A stretch of 64,000 nt of DNA, from positions 112,592,001 to 112,656,000 of the forward strand of contig NC_043003.1 of NCBI RefSeq assembly GCF_006345805.1, written 5' to 3'. Shown here in pieces: positions 53,011 through 64,000 of the stretch. The position numbers and the translations under genes are program-made. Each line of letters starts with the position of its first letter. Position 1 is the stretch's first letter. This stretch comes from Octopus sinensis. Lineage: Eukaryota. The notes beneath the pieces are model-generated. The model was not told the origin of the DNA. It saw only the letters and a program-made list of their open reading frames with translations, and did not search any database.

Positions 53011-56000
53011 GCAGACTGAAAGGACAAATGCAATCAGGGTGATGTGAAGAAGGGAGTCAAATGCGTCGGGAGTAGGTCAATAAAAACTACGAATCCAGTA
53101 GACTGTATTGGTTAGCAACGTCATGGTGTTCAATCAAAGGGATTTTCTTCGATTCGTTCTACAAGTTGTGTATGCGCAGCGCTAGCACTTCTTCAGATGT
53201 GGATGCAAAATTTCGTTGTAGGTTTCAGCTGAGATTTGTAGTGAGTTAACATTTGCTTTTGGTTAAAGCGTTTCTGGTCTTAAAGACGAAGCCCAGTCTT
53301 GGTTGGTAGAGTAGATCTCAAATCGCTTTCGTTACAAAGATATTAAATATATCCTCTTCAAACCAATGATTTCAGAAAACTGAGTGGTCAGAAACAGCAC
53401 ACTGTTTGTTTAAAAGTGTTATTATATGAATTATTTACGTTCTCATTTCAAACTTTGGTTGCCTTCTTGAGACGAGAAAATATTTCCTTAGTATTTTTAT
53501 TGCGGTCGATTCGAATGTATGTATGTATTCATCCATCCATACATACATACATACATACATACATGCATACATTCATACATACATACATACAAACATACAT
53601 ACATACATACATACATACATTTGTCACGGAAATTACCTGCCTTGCTGATGTGAATTTCTGTTTAAAAATCAAAGAACATGAAAATAATTGCGAACATTTT
53701 CAACTTCACTACCCATTTTATGAATTCACAGTGTAATAAATTGGTGCATTAGGTTTTTGTTAGTAAAATGCGTATGTGAAAATATGGGTAAATAAAGGTT
53801 TTCCTCAAAAGAAATCAGTTGAAATACAGTCTGTAAACAGAAAAGTAAAAATATGCAAGATTTTTTCAAGTTCAAAATTTGCCGCAGTTTTTGTTAGTTA
53901 CATTTCAAAGATGGAGCTTAGTACCGTCGTCAGAAACGAGCTCCTTACTTACGGGAAGACATCAAATAATCGAAAATATAATACAACAATATGCATGCAC
54001 AAATACGTATATATGCACATACACATACACACGCACTCATATGTAATCAATTTAGTCTTTCACCAAATGACCATGAATTTTATTAATTTCAAAGAGGTTT
54101 CTTGCTACAAGTAATATTCAAAATGTCAACTTTCCGAAGTTTCACTGGATCAATAATATTGATATTTATTTTATAGGTGAAAGTAAAAGTTCTCTTTATA
54201 TACAAATTATTTCAATCGATTCTTTGTTTTGCACGCGTTATTGTGTGTCTACGTATCTTCGCCTAGATGTATGTTGATATCTGAATACATAAACTGTGAA
54301 CATTCAACCAAAACAGGTGATCAAATCTCATAGTCTATTTACCACAACACGCCGTCTCTTTACATAGTCAAGCTGAATGTTTGCGTATTTAATGCGAACG
54401 TGGAGTTATTCACAATTTATACACACCATTGCCTCTACATTTATTAAGTAAATATATATCAGAATACAGAAACCTGGTAACGTCGAATGAACATATTCAG
54501 GTTGCATTTGTTGATAAGTAGTTATAAGCCTGAATATCGAAACCTGCTTTAGTAGTCAATGTGTATGCCTGCCGTACATCTACGTTTATGTTTGTCAGCG
54601 GATATGCGTGGAAAAATGTGTGCGCATGCATAGTTACGTTTGTCAGTATATATTCGTCTAGGCCAATGTAGATGTATGTTCATATTCGTCAGTGAATATA
54701 TATTAGGAAGCCGGATGCTGCTTACGTTCCTCATTTCAACAATGCATCTGTGGAGTAAATGATCTCCTGTCATTCAAGTGTGTGACTAGTTCTGATGTAG
54801 AAACTTTTACAAGTAATCACTTTATATCACATAGTCTTAGAGAACACAACCCTTCTCCCCTCCCCCCATTCCTTCTCTTCAGTCACCTTAATCTGTATAC
54901 GCTACGTACGACCATTTAATTGCTCTTAAGAGGTCGAACTTTTACATCAACTATAGTAGCTAAATGTATGCTACCAGCGTTAATGCTTTCCCGTTTTATT
55001 ACATCTAGATATTGTAAAGATTTGTACCAAACAAATCTTAATCTATAGACTTGAAGAATCCGAGCACTAAACTACTAAAATGTAACTTAATCGAAATTGA
55101 GGTCAGCAAACCTCTCAAAGTGATGAAACAATCACAAGAAAATAAAATGAATCAACATTCTTGGAACTAAGTTGTCGCAATAACTTGACATATTCCATTG
55201 GCTATTTGTGATATAGTATCGATTAGGTACACCTGACAAAATATAACGCTGATAACAGTTACAATGACTTCGCTTTAGCTTTAATCTATTTCTTCTTGAT
55301 CATTCTTCCGGTTACTGGGAAAGATAAAATTGATTGTTTCAACCGTTAAACTATCTGACCGCTACTATATTAGCTGCACATTGATTTTTGTGTTTTGCAC
55401 ACATCATCATTTAATTATTTTAATCTATCATACGTTCCATCAGATTGGGTTGAATACTTGAAACAAAAATAGCCTTCGTCAAAGTTGATATACCTTGAAT
55501 CAGAAAACAAATGTAAATATATACATTTTTGACGATAAAAACTGTTTTACTGTATAAAATAAAGGAATTGCATTTAACTGAATACGTTCGATAGTTGACG
55601 ATCAACAGAGAAAAGATCGGCAGTTCGAATTCTATCACATGTGCTGTGGTATGACGGTCGTTACATAAAGAATCATATTGAAACTATTTAAAAGTAAATG
55701 TTATCTTCAAATTAATGAATTATGAGAGCAGTCCATATTCTCTTCAAATCAACAGAATAGTACATTTAACCATAATGTTGCAGTTGTGTTGAAAAATTAA
55801 TAATTATAGTTTTGGACAAAAAAATCTCATCCATGGAAATCATAATTGATTTTGAGTGAGATATTTACTGTTAATTATTTTGTACAATAATTAGATTTAT
55901 AATGAAAAATCATACAACATAACTAGATCTTTCCTTACCTATAATCATACCAGTGAACATGGCTTTTTTTTTTGTCTGGTGTCGGAGTCAGATTTCCTAG

Positions 56001-57417
56001 TAATTTTGAGGTGCTGATTTCAAAACAGAAATCCATTTTGCTCCATCCCATCAAGATGTTTCACAAAGTCAAATGTCAACTTTTCAACAATCCCGGAATT
56101 GCCATTATGTCTAACCCATGCATGGAGCTTGATATAACTTTGAAAACATAGTTTTCAATATCATTTAAAGTAATTGCAACAATAGAAGTGAAAACAAAAG
56201 TCCTGATATAAGTATCTTTAGTAAATAAAAACCATCAAATTTGAATAACTTTTACTATTTTCAATCTAAATAGTTTTAAAAGTCATAATGATAAGATAAA
56301 TGTCTTTCATACAAGTAAATGTTAATAGAGCGCACATTTCTGTGGTCTTAATATAACACATGTCTCACATTTGTGGTATTTGTCTGCAGATATGGTTACG
56401 CTGTTTCATTTAGAGTGACTATCATTGCATAGTGGATGAGGCATGTTTTCTTGAACCTTTGAATATTTCTTATGAAAATTGGCATTATGAATGCGCTCAT
56501 ATTGTTTTAATTGTGAAATTGCATGAGCCAAGTTCACTTTTTATCAAGCATAGTCGAAGAACTGTAGAAAGATGTTCATGGTATGCATGCTTGTTATAGA
56601 ACTTTGCCATCACAAAACTGCATTTACTTACTTCATCTGAGGATATGAATGCGCATACACATATGCATACACGTATACGCAGGTGTGTATGTATATATAT
56701 ATATATATATCACGTCTTGTATTCGTGTTTGAATATATGCATATCATTTTTTATAGTATTTGACTTTTGATGCCAAACTTGTTCCATGTATTTGTAAGTT
56801 CATAAGTTCGGATACATAAGTTTATTCTGTGAATCATGTGATGTCATGAGCATGTGCTAAACACATATATCTGAGTAGTTAGGGAAACCAGTATAAGTTC
56901 GTCAAAGGAGCACATGTCTTTCATGCATAATGTGCACATAAAGAATAACCGACATGTACTTGGTATCAAAAAACTTAGCCAGGTTGGAGGTATGGTACAG
57001 TGGATGTGGGCGTCCTTGAAATTTTGAAGTATGCAGACGAGGGAAGATGGCTTCCTCCTTAATATTTAAAACGTTCATTGTTGAAGTTATAATATTTACT
57101 TCGCTAAGGTTAGTGTTGATTGTAGACTTTAGATTAAGTTAAATAAATATTTTGTATATTTTCCTTATCCATTTTTATTATATACTCCCACTAGACCCTC
57201 ATCCCTATATAATCCTATATTATTGGCGGGGTGTTCAGTTTTTAAGGTCATGTAGGATGTAAAAGCCAACTAGATTCACTATCTCTACTCCATCATAACT
57301 CCCCATTGCATCATCAAATAGCTCATCCCCATCCTTTATCACCGAATAGGAATTATCATGAAAGTACAATGTTTACCTTCCGATCTCTATAATGGATATA
57401 TATATATATATATATAT

Positions 57418-57635
57418 ATTTCTTTATTACCCACAAGGGGCTAAACATAGAGGGGTCAAACAAGGACAGACAAATGAATTAAGTCGATTATATCAACCCC
57501 AGTGCGTAACTGGTACTGAATTTATCGACCCCGAAAGGATGAAAGGCGAAGTCGACCTCGGCGGAATTTGAACTCAGAACGTAATGGCAAACGAAATACC
57601 GCTAAGTGCTAACGTTTCTGCCAGCTCGCCGCCTT
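57418..57635 (-). mobile_element. SINE family B in a (TA)n array, with a short internal deletion
   Basis: Matches the 33695 copy except that gctaag joins directly to tgctaacg. Confidence 0.92.
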
Positions 57636-57822
57636 TATATATATATATATATATATTATATTATATATGCATATATATATATATAGATATATTTATGCAT
57701 ATATATATTATTATATTATATATATATATATATATATATAGATATATATATATATATAAGATATATATATATATATAGATATATATATATATATATATAT
57801 TATTATATATATATATGCATAT

Positions 57823-58030
57823 GGCCGAGTGGTTAGGGCAGCGGACTTGCGGTCGGAGGATCGCGGTTTCGATTCCCAGATCGGGCGTTGTGTGTGTTTA
57901 TTGAGCGAAAGCACCTAAAAAGCTCCACGAGGCTCCGGCAGGAGATGGTGGTGATCCCTGCTGTAGTCTTTCACCACTCTAAAGGCGGTGCTCCAGCATG
58001 GCCGCAGTCAAATGACTGAAACAAGTACAA
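57823..58030 (+). mobile_element. Chimeric SINE: head C fused to the family A tail
   Basis: ggccgagtggttagggcagcgg..ctttcaccactct then aaaggcggtgctccagcatggccgcagtcaaatgactgaaacaagt. Confidence 0.9.
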
Positions 58031-58059
58031 AAAATATATATATATATTATATATATATG

Positions 58060-58142
<83 letters not shown>

Positions 58143-58470
58143 CAATATTTATATATATATATACATATATTTATATATATATATATATTATATATACATA
58201 TATTATATATATTATAATATATATATATATCCATATATTATATATATATATATATATATACATATATTTATATATATATATATATATTATATATATATAA
58301 ATAAATATATATATATATAAATCTTTAGTTAAATATATTGAATGAGAATATTATAAACTGAATTTATATGACTGCTCTATTGTATCACAGTATTAATACT
58401 ATTAACGTATTTACGTTTTCAATACGACCGATTATATATATTTTATAATATATTATTATTATTATTATTA

Positions 58471-59047
58471 TATTAATATCAAGAAATCAATATTAGAAAA
58501 TTCTTCAGAAAGATATATACAGTGTAAAATAATTGTTGTATTAAAAATATAAATATATATAAAAATATATGTAATTATGTATAAATATAAATATATAATA
58601 TATATGACAGTTTTGAATAAAGGTTTTAAAGCATCATATGGTCGTTTCACAGAAATGCCGTCCCTATAATGGAATCCTACATTGATAAGCCTTTATAGAC
58701 AACTCTGCTGCTCTTCAGAGATAAAAAAGTTGAATTTTGTATAATATATCGAATGGTAGTTTTTTTTAAATTTGAATAATACTATAAAACGGTGTTTGTT
58801 TGAAATATAAATAAAAAATAAAAAATTACTGATTTTGGTTTGGTAAGTACACTTTAGTATGAGTCTTTAAATCCATATATACTTCCTTGGTTACTCTTCT
58901 GTAAAACTGTCATATACATTATATATTTATACTTATACATATTTACATATATTTTTATACATATTTATATTTTTAATACAACAATTATTTTACACACGTA
59001 TATATCTTTCTGAAGAATTTTCTAATATTGATTTCCTGATATTAATA
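58471..59047. repeat. Foldback with ~145-bp inverted arms (58471-58614 / 58903-59047) and a ~290-bp spacer
   Basis: Manual alignment gave about 6-7 differences over ~145 bp, including a long perfect run gaaatcaatattagaaaattcttcagaaagatatatac. Confidence 0.92.
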
Positions 59048-59075
59048 ATAATATATTATAATATATATATAATTA

Positions 59076-59765
59076 TAATTATAATTAAGGGTGCTGGGGT
59101 GACAACGTCTAGAAGCGAATGTCAAACGTCTACAAGCCACTCTAAATTTGTTTTCTGTTTTATTACAACACAAGGCCGAAAGCGAGGTGATGGGCAAGAA
59201 GATTTACAAAAATTTCGGATAACCCTATATCATAAGATTTTGTGTTTTGTAATAAAATATTACATTACACTCTTCCATTGAGATACATCGACATTATATA
59301 AGCGAAAAATACATATACATACCGATACATTTTTGCGTACTGATACCAGTATATACATCTATTTCCCGCGTATATATTATAGCTGATTGCGTATCTCAGC
59401 CATGTGGTTAATGTCAGAAATCATGCCGTGGTGAATATAGTACCGCAGCAAAAAATAATGACTAGAGAACTCAAAATTATATATAAGTATAAATTGAGGA
59501 TATAATCATAAAAATGATTATATCTGTGGTTAGCGTATAAAAAAACCCACCATATCGGTAAAATCAATTTTTATGTATATATTTATAAAAATATAATTAT
59601 AATTAAGGGCGCTGAAGTGCAAACACCTATACGCAAGACGACGTAGATGTCAAAAGTCTACAAGCCACTCTGAATTTGTTTTCTATTTTATTATCACACA
59701 AGGCTGAAAGCAGGGTAATGGGCAAGAAGATTTACAAAAATTTCAGGTAATCCTATAACTAAGAT
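59076..59765. repeat. Two diverged ~165-bp direct repeats (59076-59238, 59594-59765)
   Basis: taattataattaaggg..gtctacaagccactct.aatttgttttct..atgggcaagaagatttacaaaaatttc occurs in both. Confidence 0.88.
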
Positions 59766-60055
59766 CCCTGGCTCTTTTGGGGGCCAAACGTTTTTAGTGA
59801 TTGCAATCATGTGTGTAGGTATATTTTGGAGAATTGGAAAATTCCGCCGATGCCTGACTGACTTGATATTTTCCAGCCTTATAATTTCGGATCTAAAGAG
59901 GATAGCTCTTTTACCAATTTTTACTTTTTATTTTTGATATTTTGGTTTCTATTTTTCGTTTTCCGTTGTTTACTGTCTGCATTTTCTATATGCTACCTTC
60001 ACAGTTTTTTCACGTTTCGTCTATTATTCAATTTCTTTCGTTCATTATATGGTTT

Positions 60056-60108
60056 GCGCCTGAAGAATATGTTTAAGTTTTCTCAACATATGAAACTATT
60101 AGTAGCGC
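60056..60108 (+). ncRNA. Minimal type I hammerhead ribozyme with a canonical core
   Basis: gcgc-CTGAAGA-atatgtt taagttttctc aacatat-GAAA-ct att ag-TA-gcgc: stem I 4 bp, stem II 7 bp, stem III 3 bp, GUA cleavage triplet (cut after 60104). Confidence 0.8.
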
Positions 60109-60184
60109 TTTAATACATGTAAAATAAGTAATATTTCTCTCACACCAGATGAAGTGCTTTTTTGTTGAATTTTCTATCACGGAT

Positions 60185-60278
60185 CAGTACATCATATATA
60201 TATATATATATATAGATAGATAGATATATGTAGATAGATAGATATATAGATAGATAGAGAGAGAGAGATATGTAGATG

Positions 60279-60320
<42 letters not shown>

Positions 60321-60331
60321 TATGTAGATAT

Positions 60332-60418
<87 letters not shown>

Positions 60419-60420
60419 CA
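60185..60420. repeat. (TA)n/(TAGA)n microsatellite
   Basis: Direct reading. Confidence 0.95.
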
Positions 60421-60427
60421 CACAAGA

Positions 60428-60772
60428 GGCGCAGGTGTGGATGTGAGGTAAGTAGTTTGTTTCGTTTCGGATTCAGTTCCATCGCGTGGGATCCTGAGCA
60501 GATATCTTCCACAATCCCGCGGGCCAATTAATGTCTTGCGTTGAATATAGTGGACGGAAAATCTATGGAAGCCCGTATTTTAGTTTGCTTTCCTCACTTC
60601 TTAGCAACTGGAGTTAGTCTGCTTATGTTTCCAAACTTATCAGCTCGTCAAAAGGAGTTGGTCGAATAAGTAACAAACATTGACCAAAAGTAAGTACTGT
60701 GGTTGATTTGATCGATGAAACACGTCAAGTCCGGCCAAGTAAAAGAATAAAAATAAGTAAAAGAATAAAAAA
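60428..60772 (+). mobile_element. Old degraded SINE family A
   Basis: ggcgcaggtgtggatgtgaggtaag head, ggacggaaaatctatggaagcccgt body, aagtaaaagaataaaa tail. Confidence 0.7.
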
Positions 60773-61024
60773 TAGAATGGAGAGAAAAAGAATACTATAT
60801 AGTCATGCAACTAAATGAAAGTAGAGATTGTCTCTTCAGAATATAAAGCTCTGAACTGAACCAGAAACAGTCTGTGTCTACTTCCATGGCAGTGCACCAG
60901 TTTGTGTGATGCTAGTTAATATAAATTCTTAATATAACTTAATTCAAAGCCATTTTTCATTATAGGGTTCATACACACATGTATGTACCTGTAAATTCAA
61001 CTGTGTGGGGATATATTGCTTACC

Positions 61025-61410
61025 TTATACTTGTTTTGCTTCTACCGCCACGCTGGAGCATTGCGCTGAAGAGTCTAGTCAAGCAAATCGACATCTTAGT
61101 TTTTAAGCCTGGTAGTTTTCGATCGTTCTCTCTTGCCGAACTGATAAGTTAGTATGACCTAAACAAAGCAAGAGCAGTTGTCAAGCGAGAGTGGGGGACA
61201 AACACAAAGACACACGTGCACATTATATATGTATTGTATGTATGTATATATGTATGTACGTAGGGTGTCTACCAAGCTTACGCATGAGGCTCTCCGTCGG
61301 CCCGTGACTTTAGTACAAGTAATTTCCACAACGTGCTGCACCGTGGGATTGAACCTAAGGCTTTATGGTTTAGCAGCAAACTTCGTAAACCACGCAACCA
61401 CATTCACCTG
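61025..61410 (-). mobile_element. Old degraded SINE family A
   Basis: cgctggagcattgcg, ttgccgaac, gttgtcaagcg..gggggacaaacac and gtgggattgaacc all match the reverse complement of family A. Confidence 0.65.
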
Positions 61411-62577
61411 AATTATGCTTTATCTTCTTGAAATTCTATTTATATTTGTATTTTTTTAACAATCAACACAAGAACTAAGACACAAAAACATTAGTGTAAT
61501 CAGCATCTTTTCAATTTAATCATATTTTCTAATTTTGTGGCGGTAGATGATATCAAGATAAAAGATATTAGTATTAAATATGATGAAAATCAGCTTATAA
61601 CTATCGTTGTCGAATCTGTTGGAAAAAGCGTTAAAAATTATTTCGTGCTTTATCTCAACAAAAGTAATAATGTGAAAGTTATATTAGTAAAATACAGCAT
61701 GTTAATATAATTCGAACTACAATGATATTGATATCTTTTGTTAAAAACATGGTATATGAATATTTATTACATGCATATAAAAATACTGACAGGCTGGGAT
61801 AGAAACCATGATGCAGGGTAACACCTAGAATGATTTTTTTTTTGTGGCTAAGACATACGATGGTACTACTGTGCCTGGAAGTCCATTGAGCCATTTTTCA
61901 ATCACCTGCATCCCCATACAAGCTAAGTTGTTTTAAATGTATCTAGGCATAATATTGTGCGAGAACGAAAGAGTGAGACTGTGCGCTAATAATGATGCTT
62001 GCGTTTATCCAGTATTTTGTGCCTAGTGACTACAACCGCGTGGTATATAATTGACAGATCATCTTCAGCTGACTGTGATGGTTGGAGTATTCTGCACACC
62101 TGCGACAGCAGATATTCATAAATTCAAACCTACAGAGTGTATAGTGCTATCGAGAGCAGTTGCGGTTTTCTGATCGCCTCACATGACTACGTCTTTTGTG
62201 GAAGTGCTGCATAGTCAACCATGGTCTTCATTTTCGAGTCACATATGGCAGAACTTTCATAGTGATAGCAGGTTATTTACACATTTGCAACAATAAAATA
62301 CCGCCACTTCTATGTCTTCCAGATTTAGCGTCGGCAGGAACAGTGGTGATTCTCTGCTCACCGTCATCGATGCATCATATGTTGAGTCGCAATATGATTG
62401 AATTCATTGATCATGAGAGGACGAACATGATCATTTTAAGCACCTATTTTCTTCTTTATTTCTTTCTCTGTTTCTGCTTTATTTATCTACGTACGTATGT
62501 TTTTGGTGGTTGCTGGGTCCTTGTGCAATTAAACAGACGAGCAACATAAACAATCTACCTGAAATCTAATGTATCAT

Positions 62578-62879
62578 CACCGTGACCACCGTGACCGACC
62601 AGGCTATCAGATGTTGTTACACATCGCTGGTCACATTGCGCTTCGCATTGTTTTAGCCTTCAAATGACGCCACCCCGCTGGCTAAGCGAGCAGGCCAACA
62701 GAAGAAAGAGTGAGAGAAAGAGTATAGCAGGGATCGCCACCATCACCCTCTGCCGGAACCTCGCGGAGCATTAGGCGTTTTCGCTCAATAAACACTCGCA
62801 ACGCCCGATCTGGGAATCGAAACCGCGATCCTACAACCGCGAGTTCGCTTCCCTAACCACTGGGCCATTGTGCCTCCAC
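62578..62879 (-). mobile_element. Full-length SINE, head C + tail T2, with a 12-bp TSD
   Basis: TSD ctaatgtatcat at 62566-62577 and 62880-62891. Confidence 0.95.
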
Positions 62880-62886
62880 CTAATGT

Positions 62887-62922
<36 letters not shown>

Positions 62923-63448
62923 TTTCATGTAAGCGTGAAAATATTCTCAGAAAAATTTGAATAAAGAGAGAAAAATTTTGCAAGTTTTCTTTCTTAATAG
63001 CTGCTATATTTGGTCAGAGGCCTAAATGAAGTTTTCGTTTTTACGCTGCACATTGAAGGAGATGCTTCCCAGATGCCCAGAGCTTAACAATATTTTCACA
63101 ACTGAAGACAAGCGAAGAATTAATCGCCGTATTAAAATCCAACAAATCAATCGTCAGTTTCGTTAATACCACAGAGGCAAGTTTTATCCTACTTTTAAGT
63201 CGACGTATACATACATTGTTCTGTGTCCCATTTATTTAATTCTATACATATAATAATTATATATAGAGAGAATTAAGTGTGTTGGCCACAGACAATAAGA
63301 AAGAGTTTATGAATACTCTGAATGATAGCGATATAGTCCTTTGTGATTCTCTTTTATTTAATAAAACAACAGCATGAAACGCTAATAATAGATTATATGA
63401 TACGAACAACCGATCTCATAGTTGAACGAACTATTCACAAAATTAATT

Positions 63449-63536
63449 GTGAAGCGTAAATTTACAAACATCACATCGGGAACAGATTGATTGTGAAAGG
63501 TAAATTTATGAACATCACACCAGGAATAGATTAATG
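63449..63536. repeat. Imperfect 44-bp tandem duplication
   Basis: gtgaa..gtaaattta..aacatcaca...ggaa.agatt.at occurs twice. Confidence 0.75.
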
Positions 63537-64000
63537 TTCTCTCGATATCAGCTTTTTTTTCCTTATTGCTTTAAATCCAAGAAATAGACATCGAAATCTT
63601 TAGCAACTGTCTGTAGATAAGTAAATCTATAGTCACAGGCTTTCGTATTCCCATTCCAAATTAAGAAATTTCATTGGCCTCAAATCAAAAATCTTTCGGA
63701 GCCTTTCCGTTACTGGGGAACATTAAATTATTTCACGAATCTTATTCCAACAGACACCGACTGAAATATTGAGTTTCCTGGTGCTTGTAACCTACGAGAG
63801 TAAATGGACCAATATATCATAAGTTTAGTAGAAGATTCCTTTGGAAAAAACAAACATTGACAGTTGAATATTGATTAAACAGATTTGGCATGTAAAATTA
63901 AACAAAAGTTAATGATTGTCAAGCATAACTGTGTTATATTGTCTGTTAAAAGGACCTCCTAAATGACTCAACTCATTATAGAACTCGAACACCGTAAGAA

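Noticed and set aside
55985-56630. DNA-transposon-like terminus (tttgaggtgctgatttcaaaa) with a possibly coding interior
   Set aside because: I found no second TIR, TSD or recognisable transposase motif.
56880-57060. Possible further GIY-YIG remnant (FKDAHIHCTI..CTLCMKD, minus strand)
   Set aside because: Too few matching residues to call without an HMM search.

Overview
AT-rich, repeat-saturated, non-genic (intergenic or deep intronic) animal DNA. The tRNA-derived SINE families and dense (TA)n/(CA)n/(TAGA)n/(TAA)n arrays point to an octopus (Octopus sp.); this is recognition from memory, not a database hit. I found no intact host gene, rRNA, tRNA or CRISPR array, and most listed ORFs are microsatellite translations. 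The window holds about 17 SINE copies built from a few interchangeable head and tail modules (five with clear target-site duplications, TSDs). It also holds decayed Helitron (Pif1 helicase), R4/Dong-type LINE, mariner and CR1/L2-like remnants, and several Penelope-like element (PLE) fragments. One PLE fragment has a stop-free 161-codon GIY-YIG endonuclease frame that the ORF track misses. Five different minimal type I hammerhead ribozyme motifs are present; the one at 60056-60108 has a fully canonical core. Other structures are a near-perfect 124-bp zero-spacer palindrome, several foldback/TIR elements, two near-identical tandem duplications that may be assembly artefacts, and a 100-N gap. I see no clearly new biological system; the hammerhead/PLE set is the most promising lead.
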